From positions 420,001 to 452,000 of the forward strand of contig NZ_CP007536.1 of assembly GCF_000698785.1 (NCBI RefSeq): a DNA stretch of 32,000 bases, read 5' to 3'. Made by a program: the position numbers and the translations under genes. Positions 24,072 through 32,000 of this stretch are shown one piece after another. Source of the DNA: Nitrososphaera viennensis EN76 (lineage in GTDB: Archaea > Thermoproteota > Nitrososphaeria > Nitrososphaerales > Nitrososphaeraceae). The notes beneath the pieces were generated by a model. It was given only the letters and a program-made list of their open reading frames with translations, made no database searches and was not told the DNA's origin. Every line of letters begins with the position of its first letter. The first letter of the stretch is position 1.

Positions 24072-24894
24072 CGGCACACACGCACGCCTTTTTGAGCGAC
24101 GCAGAAAACGCCTTTAGCTCTTTTAGCATCACCTTTTTGTTCCTGGCGCTTGAAATCCTGTCGATTATGGCGCTTCCAACAATTATCGCGTCCGCGCCCG
24201 CGTTTACCATAAAGCGGGCGTGCTCGGGCTTGCTTATCCCAAAGCCCACGCCGACGGGTATCCTGCCGCCTGCGGCCCTCTTGGCGCGCTGCACCGCGTC
24301 TTTTGTATAGTCTTCAAAGGTGCGCCTTGCGCCCGTGATCCCGTAAACCGAGACAAGGTACATGAACCCTGACGAGTTTTGCGCTATTTTTTCAAGCCTT
24401 TCTTCTGGGGTGTTTGGCGACGCAAGGAATACCGTCGCCATGCCGCTCTGCGCTGCCTTTGCCAAATAGTCCGACGCCTCCTCCACCGGCATGTCGGGCA
24501 GGATAAAGCCGTCTACTCCTGCCTCTTTGCACCGGGAGATAAAGTCGTCCCACCCGGGTTTTACAAAGATGTTCGAGTAGGTCATCACAAGCAGCGGGAG
24601 AGAAGGGTGCTTTTTCCTCACCTGCCTTGCCACCTGCAGCGCCTTGGCAGGCGTGATGCCGCTGTCAAGCGCCGCCTGCGAGGCGCGCTGGATGGTCGGG
24701 CCGTCGGCTATTGGATCTGAAAACGGTATTCCGATCTCGATGATGTCGGCGCCTCCTGCAACCAGCGCGTCAATGATTTCAACAGTCGCCTTGAAGTCAG
24801 GGTAGCCAGCGACCACGTAGCAGACAAGGGCGCGCTCTTTATTTTCTGCAAGGCTTGCAAACCTTGCGCTTATCCTGTTATTTTCTTGCAGCAT
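24058..24894 (-). CDS. trpA: Tryptophan synthase alpha chain
   Basis: [11 protein letters not shown] and [22 protein letters not shown]. The start overlaps the trpB 3' end by 17 nt. Confidence 0.93.
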   Translation of the reverse strand: MLQENNRISARFASLAENKERALVCYVVAGYPDFKATVEIIDALVAGGADIIEIGIPFSDPIADGPTIQRASQAALDSGITPAKALQVARQVRKKHPSLPLLVMTYSNIFVKPGWDDFISRCKEAGVDGFILPDMPVEEASDYLAKAAQSGMATVFLASPNTPEERLEKIAQNSSGFMYLVSVYGITGARRTFEDYTKDAVQRAKRAAGGRIPVGVGFGISKPEHARFMVNAGADAIIVGSAIIDRISSARNKKVMLKELKAFSASLKKACVCAANRA

Positions 24895-26128
24895 GGTGCC
24901 TGCGGCCCTTTTTTGAATTGAGGTAGTCCTGGACGACGGTCACGTCCTTGTCTCCCCTGCCTGACAGCGTGACTACAATCACCTCGTCCCTGTCCATCTC
25001 TTTTGCCATCTTGATGGCGTGCGAGATTGCATGCGACGATTCAAGCGCGGGGATGATGCCTTCAAGCCTTGAGAGCGTCAGGAATGCCTCCACCGCCTCG
25101 TCGTCCGTGCACGGCACGTACTCGGCGCGGTTTAGGTCTTTGAGCATCGAGTGCTCCGGCCCGACTCCGGGATAGTCAAGCCCCGCGGATATGCTGTGGG
25201 TGTCCATTATCTGGCCGTCCTTGTCCTGCAAGACATAGGTGAACATGCCGTGGAGCACGCCTGCAGTCCCGGCAGTCAGCGTCGCGGCGTGCTTGCCGGA
25301 CTTGATCCCTTCCCCTGCTGCCTCGACCCCGACCAGCCTCACGGAAGAATCGTCGACAAACGGGTAAAAGGAGCCCATCGCGTTGCTGCCGCCGCCGACG
25401 CAGGCCACCACCGCGCTTGGAAGCCTGCCGTGCTTGCTTTGCATCTCGTCCTTTACTTCCTTGCCAATGACGCTCTGGAAATCCCTGACCATCATCGGGT
25501 AGGGATGGGGGCCCATCACCGTCCCTATGAGGTAATAGGTGGTATTGACGTTTGAAATCCAGTCGCGTATTGCCTCGTTGATGGCGTCCTTTAGCGTCTT
25601 TGTCCCAGAATCGACGGGGTGGACCTTTGCCCCCAAAAGCTGCATGCGAAACACATTGAGTTTCTGGCGCTCGACGTCCTTTGAGCCCATGTAGACCTCT
25701 GCAGACAGGCCGAGCATCGCGCACGCAAGGGCCGTCCCGACCCCGTGCTGGCCCGCCCCCGTCTCCGCGATTATCCTCTTTTTGCCCATCCTCTTGGCCA
25801 GCAGGCCCTGGCCGAGCGTGTTGTTGGTCTTGTGCGCCCCGCCGTGCAAGAGGTCCTCGCGCTTTAACAGTATCTTGGCCCCGCCGGCGTATTCCGTGAG
25901 GTTCTTTGCAAAGTATAGCGGGGTGGGCCTCCCGGCGTACTGGGTGAGGTAGTAGTGCAGTTCTTTTGTAAAGTCTGGGTCGTTTCGGTACTTTTCATAG
26001 GCAGACTCTAGCTCCCGCACGGCTGGCTCTAGCGTCTCGGGTATGAACTTGCCCCCATACCTGCCGAACTTGCCGCCAACGGGATAGCTTCCAAGCATCT
26101 CTCTGTATACGGGTGCAGTATCTCCCAA
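24878..26128 (-). CDS. trpB: Tryptophan synthase beta chain
   Basis: [28 protein letters not shown] and [10 protein letters not shown]. The ORF-track start is TTG 26126-26128; ATG 26098 (MLGSYPVGG...) is an alternative. Confidence 0.93.
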   Translation of the reverse strand: MGDTAPVYREMLGSYPVGGKFGRYGGKFIPETLEPAVRELESAYEKYRNDPDFTKELHYYLTQYAGRPTPLYFAKNLTEYAGGAKILLKREDLLHGGAHKTNNTLGQGLLAKRMGKKRIIAETGAGQHGVGTALACAMLGLSAEVYMGSKDVERQKLNVFRMQLLGAKVHPVDSGTKTLKDAINEAIRDWISNVNTTYYLIGTVMGPHPYPMMVRDFQSVIGKEVKDEMQSKHGRLPSAVVACVGGGSNAMGSFYPFVDDSSVRLVGVEAAGEGIKSGKHAATLTAGTAGVLHGMFTYVLQDKDGQIMDTHSISAGLDYPGVGPEHSMLKDLNRAEYVPCTDDEAVEAFLTLSRLEGIIPALESSHAISHAIKMAKEMDRDEVIVVTLSGRGDKDVTVVQDYLNSKKGRRHHAARK

Positions 26129-26141
26129 GGGTTATTAATAT

Positions 26142-26945
26142 TCACAGGGCATTGTAGAGTTCCCTGACTTTGGCGCCGATGTCGTCTGTTTCCATGATGC
26201 TGGTGCCGACCAGGAACGCGTCAGCGCCTGCGCTGCGCAGGTACTGGATGTCTGCCGGCTTGGCAATGCCGCTTTCGCTTATCACCACGCTCTTGCCCTT
26301 GCCAAGCTTTTTGATGAGGCGCTCTGTGTTTGCCATGTCTATTTTCAGGTCTGCAAGGTTGCGGTTGTTGATGCCCACAAGCTCGTAATTTGCGGAGAGG
26401 CAGTCTGCGTATTCTCGTTCGCTGTGCGCCTCGACAAGCACGTTCAGCTCCCTTCTGAGCGCATACTCGTGCAGTTTTTCAATGCCGGATTCTGCCAGGT
26501 CGCGGTCAAACACCGCCTTGATAAGCAGTACGCAGTCGGCGCCAGCCTGCTTGGCCGCGTCTATCTGGACCTCGCTTACGACAATGTCCTTCATCAAAAG
26601 CGGTATCGATACGGCCTTTCTCACTGCAAGCAGGTTCCCAAGCGAGCCGTCAAACATGTACGGCTGTGTGAGGATGGAAAGCGCGGTCGCACCAGCTTCT
26701 TCCATCGCTATCGCAATCTCGGCAGGCGTGCCGACCTCGCGTATCTTGCCCCGCGAAGGCGACGCGAACTTGACCTCGGTTATCAGGGGCGCATGCTTGC
26801 AGGCAAAGATGGCCTTTTTGACGCTGATGGCGTCGTGGCTCACGCTCCTTTTCAGCTCGTAGGCGCCGTCGTCTATTGCCCTGAACGAGTTTTCCACCAA
26901 GCGTTCCAAGGTGTCGCCGGCCTTGGCAAACCTGCTGCTACTCAT
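26142..26945 (-). CDS. trpC: Indole-3-glycerol-phosphate synthase
   Basis: LITEVKFASPSRGKI, LSILTQPYMFDGS and GINNRNL. I set the start to ATG 26943-26945. The 44-aa ORF-track extension runs through the divergent promoter region. Confidence 0.9.
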   Translation of the reverse strand: MSSSRFAKAGDTLERLVENSFRAIDDGAYELKRSVSHDAISVKKAIFACKHAPLITEVKFASPSRGKIREVGTPAEIAIAMEEAGATALSILTQPYMFDGSLGNLLAVRKAVSIPLLMKDIVVSEVQIDAAKQAGADCVLLIKAVFDRDLAESGIEKLHEYALRRELNVLVEAHSEREYADCLSANYELVGINNRNLADLKIDMANTERLIKKLGKGKSVVISESGIAKPADIQYLRSAGADAFLVGTSIMETDDIGAKVRELYNAL

Positions 26946-27024
26946 GTGCAGATCTGTGCACGGGCAGTCGGCTATTAATTCTATATTGATATATACCGAC
27001 GGCGGAAAAATTAGAGAGAGGCAA

Positions 27025-28182
27025 ATGCCAGAAAGCGCCGTCTTTGCAGACAGGTCAAAGCTGTCACCCCGGTACATACCACAAGAGCTGCCGCACCGGG
27101 AGGCACAGGTGCAGCAGCTGGTTCACGCGTTTTCAGAGGCGGCGCAGGACCCTGACAGGTTCCCGCTCACCGTCCTGCAGGTGATAGGAGTCGCAGGCAT
27201 CGGCAAGACTACCACCGTCACGAGGGCGACAAAGACGATCGAGGAAAGGTTTGCCCAGAACCGCCTGACGCTCAAGACTGCATACATCAACCTGAAACTG
27301 CAGGGCGGAAACAAGTTTGCGATATACCGCTTTTTGCTTGAGCGCCTTGCACCCGACCTGCCGTCGCAGGGCCTCAGCGCAGAAGAGATGCTGCGCTACC
27401 TGTTGCAATACCTGCGAAACAACAAGCAGTACGCGCTTGTCGTCATGGACGAGATCGACTACTTGATAAAGACAAGCAAGGACACTAGCATAATCTACGA
27501 CCTTACCCGCCTGAACGAGTTTGAGCCCGACAAGCCCTGCAACGTCAAGGGCGTCATATTCATCGCAAGGAGCACCGACTTTTACAGCAGGCTCGACCCT
27601 GCGGAGCTGAGCACTCTTGGCCGCGTGCCCATGGAATTTTCGCAGTACACCCTGGAGCAGGTGAGCGATATTCTGTCGAGCAGGAGCGCGCAGGCGTTCA
27701 ACCCAAGGGCGATAGGCTCTGACGTCATTGACAAGGTCGCCAAGATAACGACTTCTGCGGAGGTAAACGGCGACGTGCGCTATGCGCTTGACCTCTTGCT
27801 GTACGCGGGCAACCTGGCCGAGTCGCAGGGCACCGGCAGGGTGACGCTTGAGCACGTACGCAAGGTGCACGGACAGACCCACCCGTCGTTGACGACTGAG
27901 GAGATCGAACAGTTATCAAAGAACCATATCGTCAGCCTGGTTGCAGTGGTGCGCGCCCTCAAGAGCAGGAAAAAGCAGTATGTCGAATTAAAAGACATCA
28001 GGCTTTACGCTGCCGAGCTTGCCGAGCAGCTTGGCATCAAAAAGCTGGACGTGGAGGATTACCTTGACGACCTGAAGGCGCGCCGGCTGATCGAGATGCG
28101 GTCGCTCAAGGAAATCGGTCTGCACGGCGCGTCGCTTGCAGAGCTGGAGCCAATCCTTATGGCAAAGGTGAAGAAGCAATAA
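27025..28182 (+). CDS. cdc6: Orc1/Cdc6 replication initiator
   Basis: LSPRYIPQELPHREAQVQQL, Walker A GVAGIGKTTTV, Walker B VVMDEIDYL, sensor region GDVRYALDLL, and a C-terminal winged helix. I set the start to ATG 27025. Confidence 0.92.
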   Translation: MPESAVFADRSKLSPRYIPQELPHREAQVQQLVHAFSEAAQDPDRFPLTVLQVIGVAGIGKTTTVTRATKTIEERFAQNRLTLKTAYINLKLQGGNKFAIYRFLLERLAPDLPSQGLSAEEMLRYLLQYLRNNKQYALVVMDEIDYLIKTSKDTSIIYDLTRLNEFEPDKPCNVKGVIFIARSTDFYSRLDPAELSTLGRVPMEFSQYTLEQVSDILSSRSAQAFNPRAIGSDVIDKVAKITTSAEVNGDVRYALDLLLYAGNLAESQGTGRVTLEHVRKVHGQTHPSLTTEEIEQLSKNHIVSLVAVVRALKSRKKQYVELKDIRLYAAELAEQLGIKKLDVEDYLDDLKARRLIEMRSLKEIGLHGASLAELEPILMAKVKKQ

Positions 28183-28190
28183 CAACAGCA

Positions 28191-28472
28191 ATGAGCGACA
28201 TAGAGACCGGCCTTGGGAGCATCGGCAAGATCAAGATAATCCGGGCGCTTGCTCAGGAAGGCAAGATGGCCACCATCTACCTCCTGCACAAAAAGACCGG
28301 CCTGAAAAGGGAAGACATCAAGAACAACCTTGACGACCTGATGAAGATAGGCTGGGTGAAGCAGGCCAGATATGCGAGCGTGATGTACGGCCTTGCCGAA
28401 AACGAGCAGGTTTTAAAACTGGTGCAGTTTTTCCGCGACGTGGGCTATGTCGGCGGACACAATCAGCCGTAA
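28191..28472 (+). CDS. Small winged-helix DNA-binding protein
   Basis: 93 aa. KIKIIRALAQEGKMATIYLLHKKTGLKREDIKNNLDDLMKIGWVKQ is a wHTH pattern. The ATG lies 8 nt after the cdc6 stop, so the two are probably co-transcribed. Confidence 0.7.
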   Translation: MSDIETGLGSIGKIKIIRALAQEGKMATIYLLHKKTGLKREDIKNNLDDLMKIGWVKQARYASVMYGLAENEQVLKLVQFFRDVGYVGGHNQP

Positions 28473-28570
28473 AAGTTGACGTACCTGAAATTTTAAATAC
28501 TTCTAAAATTGCACATTTATTTGGAAAAACAAGACTCTTTTGTAATTCCTCTGCAAAAATAGAAAAATTT
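28473..28570. other. AT-rich tract (about 25% GC) in a convergent spacer
   Basis: I counted about 22 G+C in 90 nt. It is followed by a G7 run (28573-28579) and an imperfect hairpin, GGGGtaGGTAA-gag-TTACCgCCCC. Confidence 0.8.
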
Positions 28571-28635
28571 GTGGGGGGGTAGGTAAGAGTTACCGCCCCA
28601 TTCAGTATGTATCGTGTTGGTGTTACTACTTGTTA

Positions 28636-28836
28636 CTACGCGTCTCCTCCGTCGCCACCATTACCACCGTCGCCGCCGTTACCACCCCTATGCTTGTCCT
28701 TACTCTTGCCCTTACCCTTGTCATGGTCCGCGAAGGCCTGATCTACGGGCAACGCCGTCGCCGTTATCATCCCAACGAGAGCCACGAGCACAACTCCCGT
28801 CAACAAAATTTTCGTCGTTTGGTTGTTCGACATCAC
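28636..28836 (-). CDS. Small secreted peptide precursor with a Lys/Gly/Asp-repeat mature region
   Basis: MMSNNQTTKILLTGVVLVALVGMITATALPVDQAFA followed by DHDKGKGKSKDKHRGGNGGDGGNGGDGGDA. The ORF has high GC3 and is embedded in 25-30% GC flanks. A minus-strand AAATAAATATT box lies upstream. GTG 28836 or ATG 28833 start. TAG-TAA stops. Confidence 0.6.
   Translation of the reverse strand: MMSNNQTTKILLTGVVLVALVGMITATALPVDQAFADHDKGKGKSKDKHRGGNGGDGGNGGDGGDA
28642..28686. repeat. About 2.5 copies of an 18-nt tandem repeat
   Basis: gtcgccaccattaccacc (28651-28668) and gtcgccgccgttaccacc (28669-28686), plus a partial copy at 28642-28650. It encodes GGNGGD units on the minus strand. Confidence 0.85.
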
Positions 28837-28838
28837 CT

Positions 28839-29040
28839 ACCTGATAGTGTAATATTTATTTAAGTGGTTTGCAGACCGATTAAGTATATCATATTTGATA
28901 AGGCAAATCTTGAATATTCTTATCTGTAATTCGATTGTCATATAATAATTACAAACCTATCACTAAATAGGCATCCCTAAAATGCATGAGGTATTTTGAT
29001 GCTATACATCACTTACTTTTGGCTAAAAGACAATTACACC
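28839..29040. other. AT-rich tract (about 30% GC) within a 485-bp non-coding region
   Basis: I counted 59 G+C in 28841-29040. No ORF of 25 aa or more on either strand between 28837 and 29321. Several short inverted repeats (TATCAtattTGATA, TGTAATT-n15-AATTACA, and TGGGCATgggATGCCCA at 29121-29137). Confidence 0.8.
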
Positions 29041-29321
29041 ACACACGTCGCGTATCTGGCGTACAGCAAAAAGCCTCTGCCAAAAGGTATCTTTCCAAGC
29101 CGAAATTTGACCTATAATGGTGGGCATGGGATGCCCATTCTTTAACGATTGACAGCAGAGCGACGTTCCTATTTCTGCAATAAAACTTGAACCGAAGTGT
29201 TCATACCGGTCAGGTCAATATATCAAGAATCTCCAAGAATGGCCCTGAGCCTTTCTAAGATGTGGGGCCCTGTAGTGCCTCATAGCTGGTCTGAAGAGTA
29301 AAAATAAAAGATATCGACCTT

Positions 29322-29705
29322 CTAGCCATAGAAATTTACGTACCTGTCGTTGTCCCTGCCCTTGCTCTCCATCCTGTATAGGTTGCGGAACATGATGTCG
29401 ACCGCAGCCGCTTCTGCGAGCTGGCCCGTCGCCACCTGGTACGCCTGGCTTGCGACGTCGAGGTCCTGCACTTTGGCGTCAAATGCGTCTTTGCCCATCC
29501 CGTTTTCCCTTGCGCGCTTTTCCAGCGCCGAGATTATGCGCTCTGCGTGGTAGTTCGTGTGGATGTCAAGCGCTTCTGCGCTGTCAACGCCGTACGCGTC
29601 AGAGATAAGGGCGCTTACCTTGCCTTCGTCTTCCCGGGCAATACCGGCGTGGGCCGCGTCTATCGCAGCCTTGCCCCTCTGCCTTTCTGTTGTAGGGTCG
29701 TGCAT
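29322..29705 (-). CDS. Hypothetical all-helical protein
   Basis: 127 aa from ATG 29703-29705 (MHDPTTERQRGKAAIDAAH...). ATG 29750 and TTG 29786 are alternatives. Coding-like GC3. No motif recognised. Confidence 0.55.
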   Translation of the reverse strand: MHDPTTERQRGKAAIDAAHAGIAREDEGKVSALISDAYGVDSAEALDIHTNYHAERIISALEKRARENGMGKDAFDAKVQDLDVASQAYQVATGQLAEAAAVDIMFRNLYRMESKGRDNDRYVNFYG

Positions 29706-29795
29706 CTTTAGAAGAACGTGGTTAATTTCGCGTTTTCTTCTTATTAACATAGCGCATGGAAAAAGGAATAAAAAGGCGCACCTCAAAAGTCAGAC

Positions 29796-31424
29796 GTGCA
29801 GTCGTCCAAGCCCCAGAACGGCAGGTCGAAATTCATCTTTGTGACAGGCGGTGTCATGTCCGGCCTAGGCAAGGGCGTCACTACCTCTTCTACGGCAAGG
29901 CTCCTCCAGCTTGCCGGCTACAAGGTCTCGTGCGTCAAGATAGACCCGTACGTCAACTATGACGCCGGGACCATGAACCCAGTCGCTCACGGCGAGGTGT
30001 TTGTGACAGACGACGGGGGCGAGTGCGACATGGACATCGGCAATTACGAACGCTTCATTGACACGTCGATGACCAAGGACCACAACATCACCACCGGCAG
30101 GATATACATGGACGTGATAGCCGCCGAAAGGGAGGGCAAGTACCTCGGCCAGTGCGTCCAGATAATCCCACACGTGACTGACGCCATAAAGGCAAACCTG
30201 CGCAGGACCGCAGAAAAAGAGAAACTGGACATCATGGTGGTGGAGTGCGGCGGCACGGTAGGCGACATTGAAAGCCTGCCGTTTCTAGAGGCGTTCCGGC
30301 AGATGGCGCTTGAAGTGGGGAGGCAGAACACTCTTTTTATCCACGTCACACTTGCGCCAGTGCTCGACGTAGTAGGGGAGCAAAAGACAAAGCCGACGCA
30401 GCACAGCGTGCAGGAGCTGCGCAGGATAGGAATCCAGCCTGACATAATTGCTGTCAGGTGCAAGACGCCGCTGACTCCTGACGCAAGGCGCAAGATCTCG
30501 CTCTTTGCAAGCGTGGAGCAGCAGAACGTCATTTCGTGCCACGACGCGCCTTCCATCTACAAGGTGCCCGAGGTGATTGAAAGCCAGGGCATGCTAAAGG
30601 TGGTGGCGCAGGGCCTCTCGCTGAAGCGCAGCAAGCCGAAATGGGGCGACTGGAAAAAGGTCGCAAGCTCGTTTTCAGACTACAATGGCTCTGTCAAGAT
30701 AGCAGTCGTCGGCAAGTACGTCACGCTGCCGGACAGCTACGTCAGCGTCTACCACGCGCTGTCGCATGCAGGCGCAAGCATCGGCAAAAAGGTGGAAATA
30801 GACTGGATCGACTCGGAGAAATTCGAGAACGGCGGCGAGAAAAAGGTCGCCTTGCTAAATGACTACCAGGGAATCCTTGCGCCAGGCGGCTTTGGCAAGC
30901 GCGGAAGCGAAGGAATCATCAGCGCGGCAAACTTTGCACGCGAAAACGAAGTGCCGTACCTCGGCATCTGCTTTGGCTTTCAGCTGGCCATAGTCGCCTT
31001 TGCCCGACACGTCTGCGGCATGGCAGGCGCCAACTCGACCGAGCTTGACCTACACACCAAGAACCCGGTTGTTGACTTTATGCCGGAGCAGCGCAACGTA
31101 CACGACATGGGAGGGACAATGCGCCTTGGCGCGCACGACATTGCAGTCACGCCGGGAACGCTTGCACACAAGCTGTACGGCGCAACGACGATAAGGCGCA
31201 GGCACCGGCACCGCTACGAGTTCAACCAGAACTACCTCGACGCGGTGACAAAGGCAGGGCTCGTGCTGTCGGCGCACTCTGACAGCGGCAGGCGCATGGA
31301 GATACTTGAAATCCCAGACCACAAGTTCTACTTTGCCGTGCAGTACCATGCCGAGTTTTCAAGCAGGCCCGGCAAGCCCGAGCAGGCGTTTGACGCCTTC
31401 GTAAGGGCAGCGGCTAGATCTTGA
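29796..31424 (+). CDS. pyrG: CTP synthase
   Basis: KFIFVTGGVMSGLGKG, DPYVNYDAGTMNP, GGTVGDIES, and a GATase domain with LGICFGFQ and HRHRYEFN. GTG start. Confidence 0.95.
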   Translation: MQSSKPQNGRSKFIFVTGGVMSGLGKGVTTSSTARLLQLAGYKVSCVKIDPYVNYDAGTMNPVAHGEVFVTDDGGECDMDIGNYERFIDTSMTKDHNITTGRIYMDVIAAEREGKYLGQCVQIIPHVTDAIKANLRRTAEKEKLDIMVVECGGTVGDIESLPFLEAFRQMALEVGRQNTLFIHVTLAPVLDVVGEQKTKPTQHSVQELRRIGIQPDIIAVRCKTPLTPDARRKISLFASVEQQNVISCHDAPSIYKVPEVIESQGMLKVVAQGLSLKRSKPKWGDWKKVASSFSDYNGSVKIAVVGKYVTLPDSYVSVYHALSHAGASIGKKVEIDWIDSEKFENGGEKKVALLNDYQGILAPGGFGKRGSEGIISAANFARENEVPYLGICFGFQLAIVAFARHVCGMAGANSTELDLHTKNPVVDFMPEQRNVHDMGGTMRLGAHDIAVTPGTLAHKLYGATTIRRRHRHRYEFNQNYLDAVTKAGLVLSAHSDSGRRMEILEIPDHKFYFAVQYHAEFSSRPGKPEQAFDAFVRAAARS

Positions 31425-32000
31425 GCTCGTAGATCCTCTGCCTTGCGTCGCGAAGCGACGTCTTTTTCTTGACGTACCCGCCCTCGATGAGGTGGGAAAG
31501 CGAGAGCCGGATTGTGCGCTCTGGGAGCATCGTCCTTGTGGCAAGGTCCTTCTGGCTGAGCGCGCCCTCGTACTCTAGCGTTTTCAGTATCAGTTTCGCG
31601 CTTGGAGGCATCTTTAGCATGTCCTCTGCCAGGCGCACCTTCTTGGCCATGAGCGACGCCGCGGAATCGTCGGCGGTGCGCACAAGCCGCGCAGGGAATG
31701 CGTGCTTGGAGCATTCTAGTATGTTTTTCACCCGGACGCGCCTTCCGCCGTCCAGGACTACCTCGCAGTGGTAGCGGCTGGTAATGTCTGCAATCTCGAT
31801 ACTGGCGTCGTTTGGGACGACGAGGGGCCTGCGGGTGTTGTCAAGCGAGTTTACAGAGACCACGACAAACACCTGCGATTTTTGAATCACCATCGGCCCG
31901 CCGGCGGACATGGTGTACGCAGTCGATCCTGTTGGAGTGGATATTATCACGCCGTCGCTGTTGTCGTGCCAGATGTCCCTTCCGTCTATCTTCAATACAT
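31414..32000 (-). CDS. nadK: NAD kinase (C-terminal part) fused to a C-terminal winged-helix domain; partial, N-terminus lies beyond the window
   Basis: DGVIISTPTGSTAYTMSAGGP is the NAD kinase signature. The last ~70 aa, LKTLEYEGALSQKDLATRTMLPERTIRLSLSHLIEGGYVKKKTSLRDARQRIYEL, form a MarR/TrmB-like wHTH. The frame is open to the window edge. The 3' end overlaps pyrG by 11 nt. Confidence 0.8.
   Translation of the reverse strand, partial: VLKIDGRDIWHDNSDGVIISTPTGSTAYTMSAGGPMVIQKSQVFVVVSVNSLDNTRRPLVVPNDASIEIADITSRYHCEVVLDGGRRVRVKNILECSKHAFPARLVRTADDSAASLMAKKVRLAEDMLKMPPSAKLILKTLEYEGALSQKDLATRTMLPERTIRLSLSHLIEGGYVKKKTSLRDARQRIYELKI

Noticed and set aside
26946-27024. 79-bp trpC/cdc6 divergent spacer with a GTGCA-n6-TGCAC inverted repeat and an AT-rich core, considered as the origin.
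   Set aside because: It is too short for a DUE plus ORB sites and is fully explained by two divergent TATA-like promoters. The small palindrome may be a regulator site, but I cannot support more than that.
28482-28932. 7-8-mers shared between the two AT-rich tracts (TACCTGA, ATTTATTT, TGTAATTC, CTAAAAT), considered as possible ORB-type origin repeats.
   Set aside because: Their spacing and order differ between the tracts. A rough estimate suggests a couple of 8-mer matches are expected by chance in AT-rich sequence of this size, so they are not evidence on their own.
1-32000. I searched for rRNA, tRNA, CRISPR arrays, IS/transposase, integrase and phage genes.
   Set aside because: I saw no T-loop-like GGTTCRANTCC motifs in spacers, no regularly spaced direct repeats, and no transposase or integrase-like ORFs. 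The window reads as core chromosome.

Overview
This 32-kb window looks like ordinary chromosome from an archaeon. It fits a Nitrososphaera-like ammonia-oxidising thaumarchaeon best; that assignment is inference from gene content, a secreted cupredoxin, roughly 55% GC by eye, and TATA-like boxes 24-35 nt upstream of many start codons. I call 39 protein-coding genes. Most are housekeeping: purC/purK/purE, homoserine dehydrogenase, proteasome beta subunit, aRF1, UppP, type-II GAPDH, trpG-trpD, RadA, trpC-trpB-trpA, Orc1/Cdc6, CTP synthase and a partial NAD kinase. I found no rRNA, tRNA, CRISPR array, transposase or integrase. Many ORF-track entries are antisense shadows or N-terminal over-extensions, so I re-set several starts by motif position and promoter-like boxes. 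The items most worth follow-up are: (1) a 597-aa catalytic-SDR plus degenerate-SDR protein that resembles one half of bifunctional malonyl-CoA reductase; (2) an orphan MORC-like GHKL ATPase; (3) two strongly AT-rich tracts just downstream of orc1/cdc6 plus a small wHTH gene, a candidate replication origin, which flank a tiny secreted Gly/Asp/Lys-repeat peptide gene; (4) four cysteine-rich zinc-ribbon micro-proteins, three of them below the ORF-track cutoff, one with a histone-H1-like Lys/Ala tail; (5) a 108-aa HExxH protein; (6) an NAD kinase fused to a wHTH domain; (7) recurrent TTG starts that look leaderless, and tandem in-frame stop codons, including on the release-factor gene itself. All functional calls come from reading motifs by eye. 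No database search was run.
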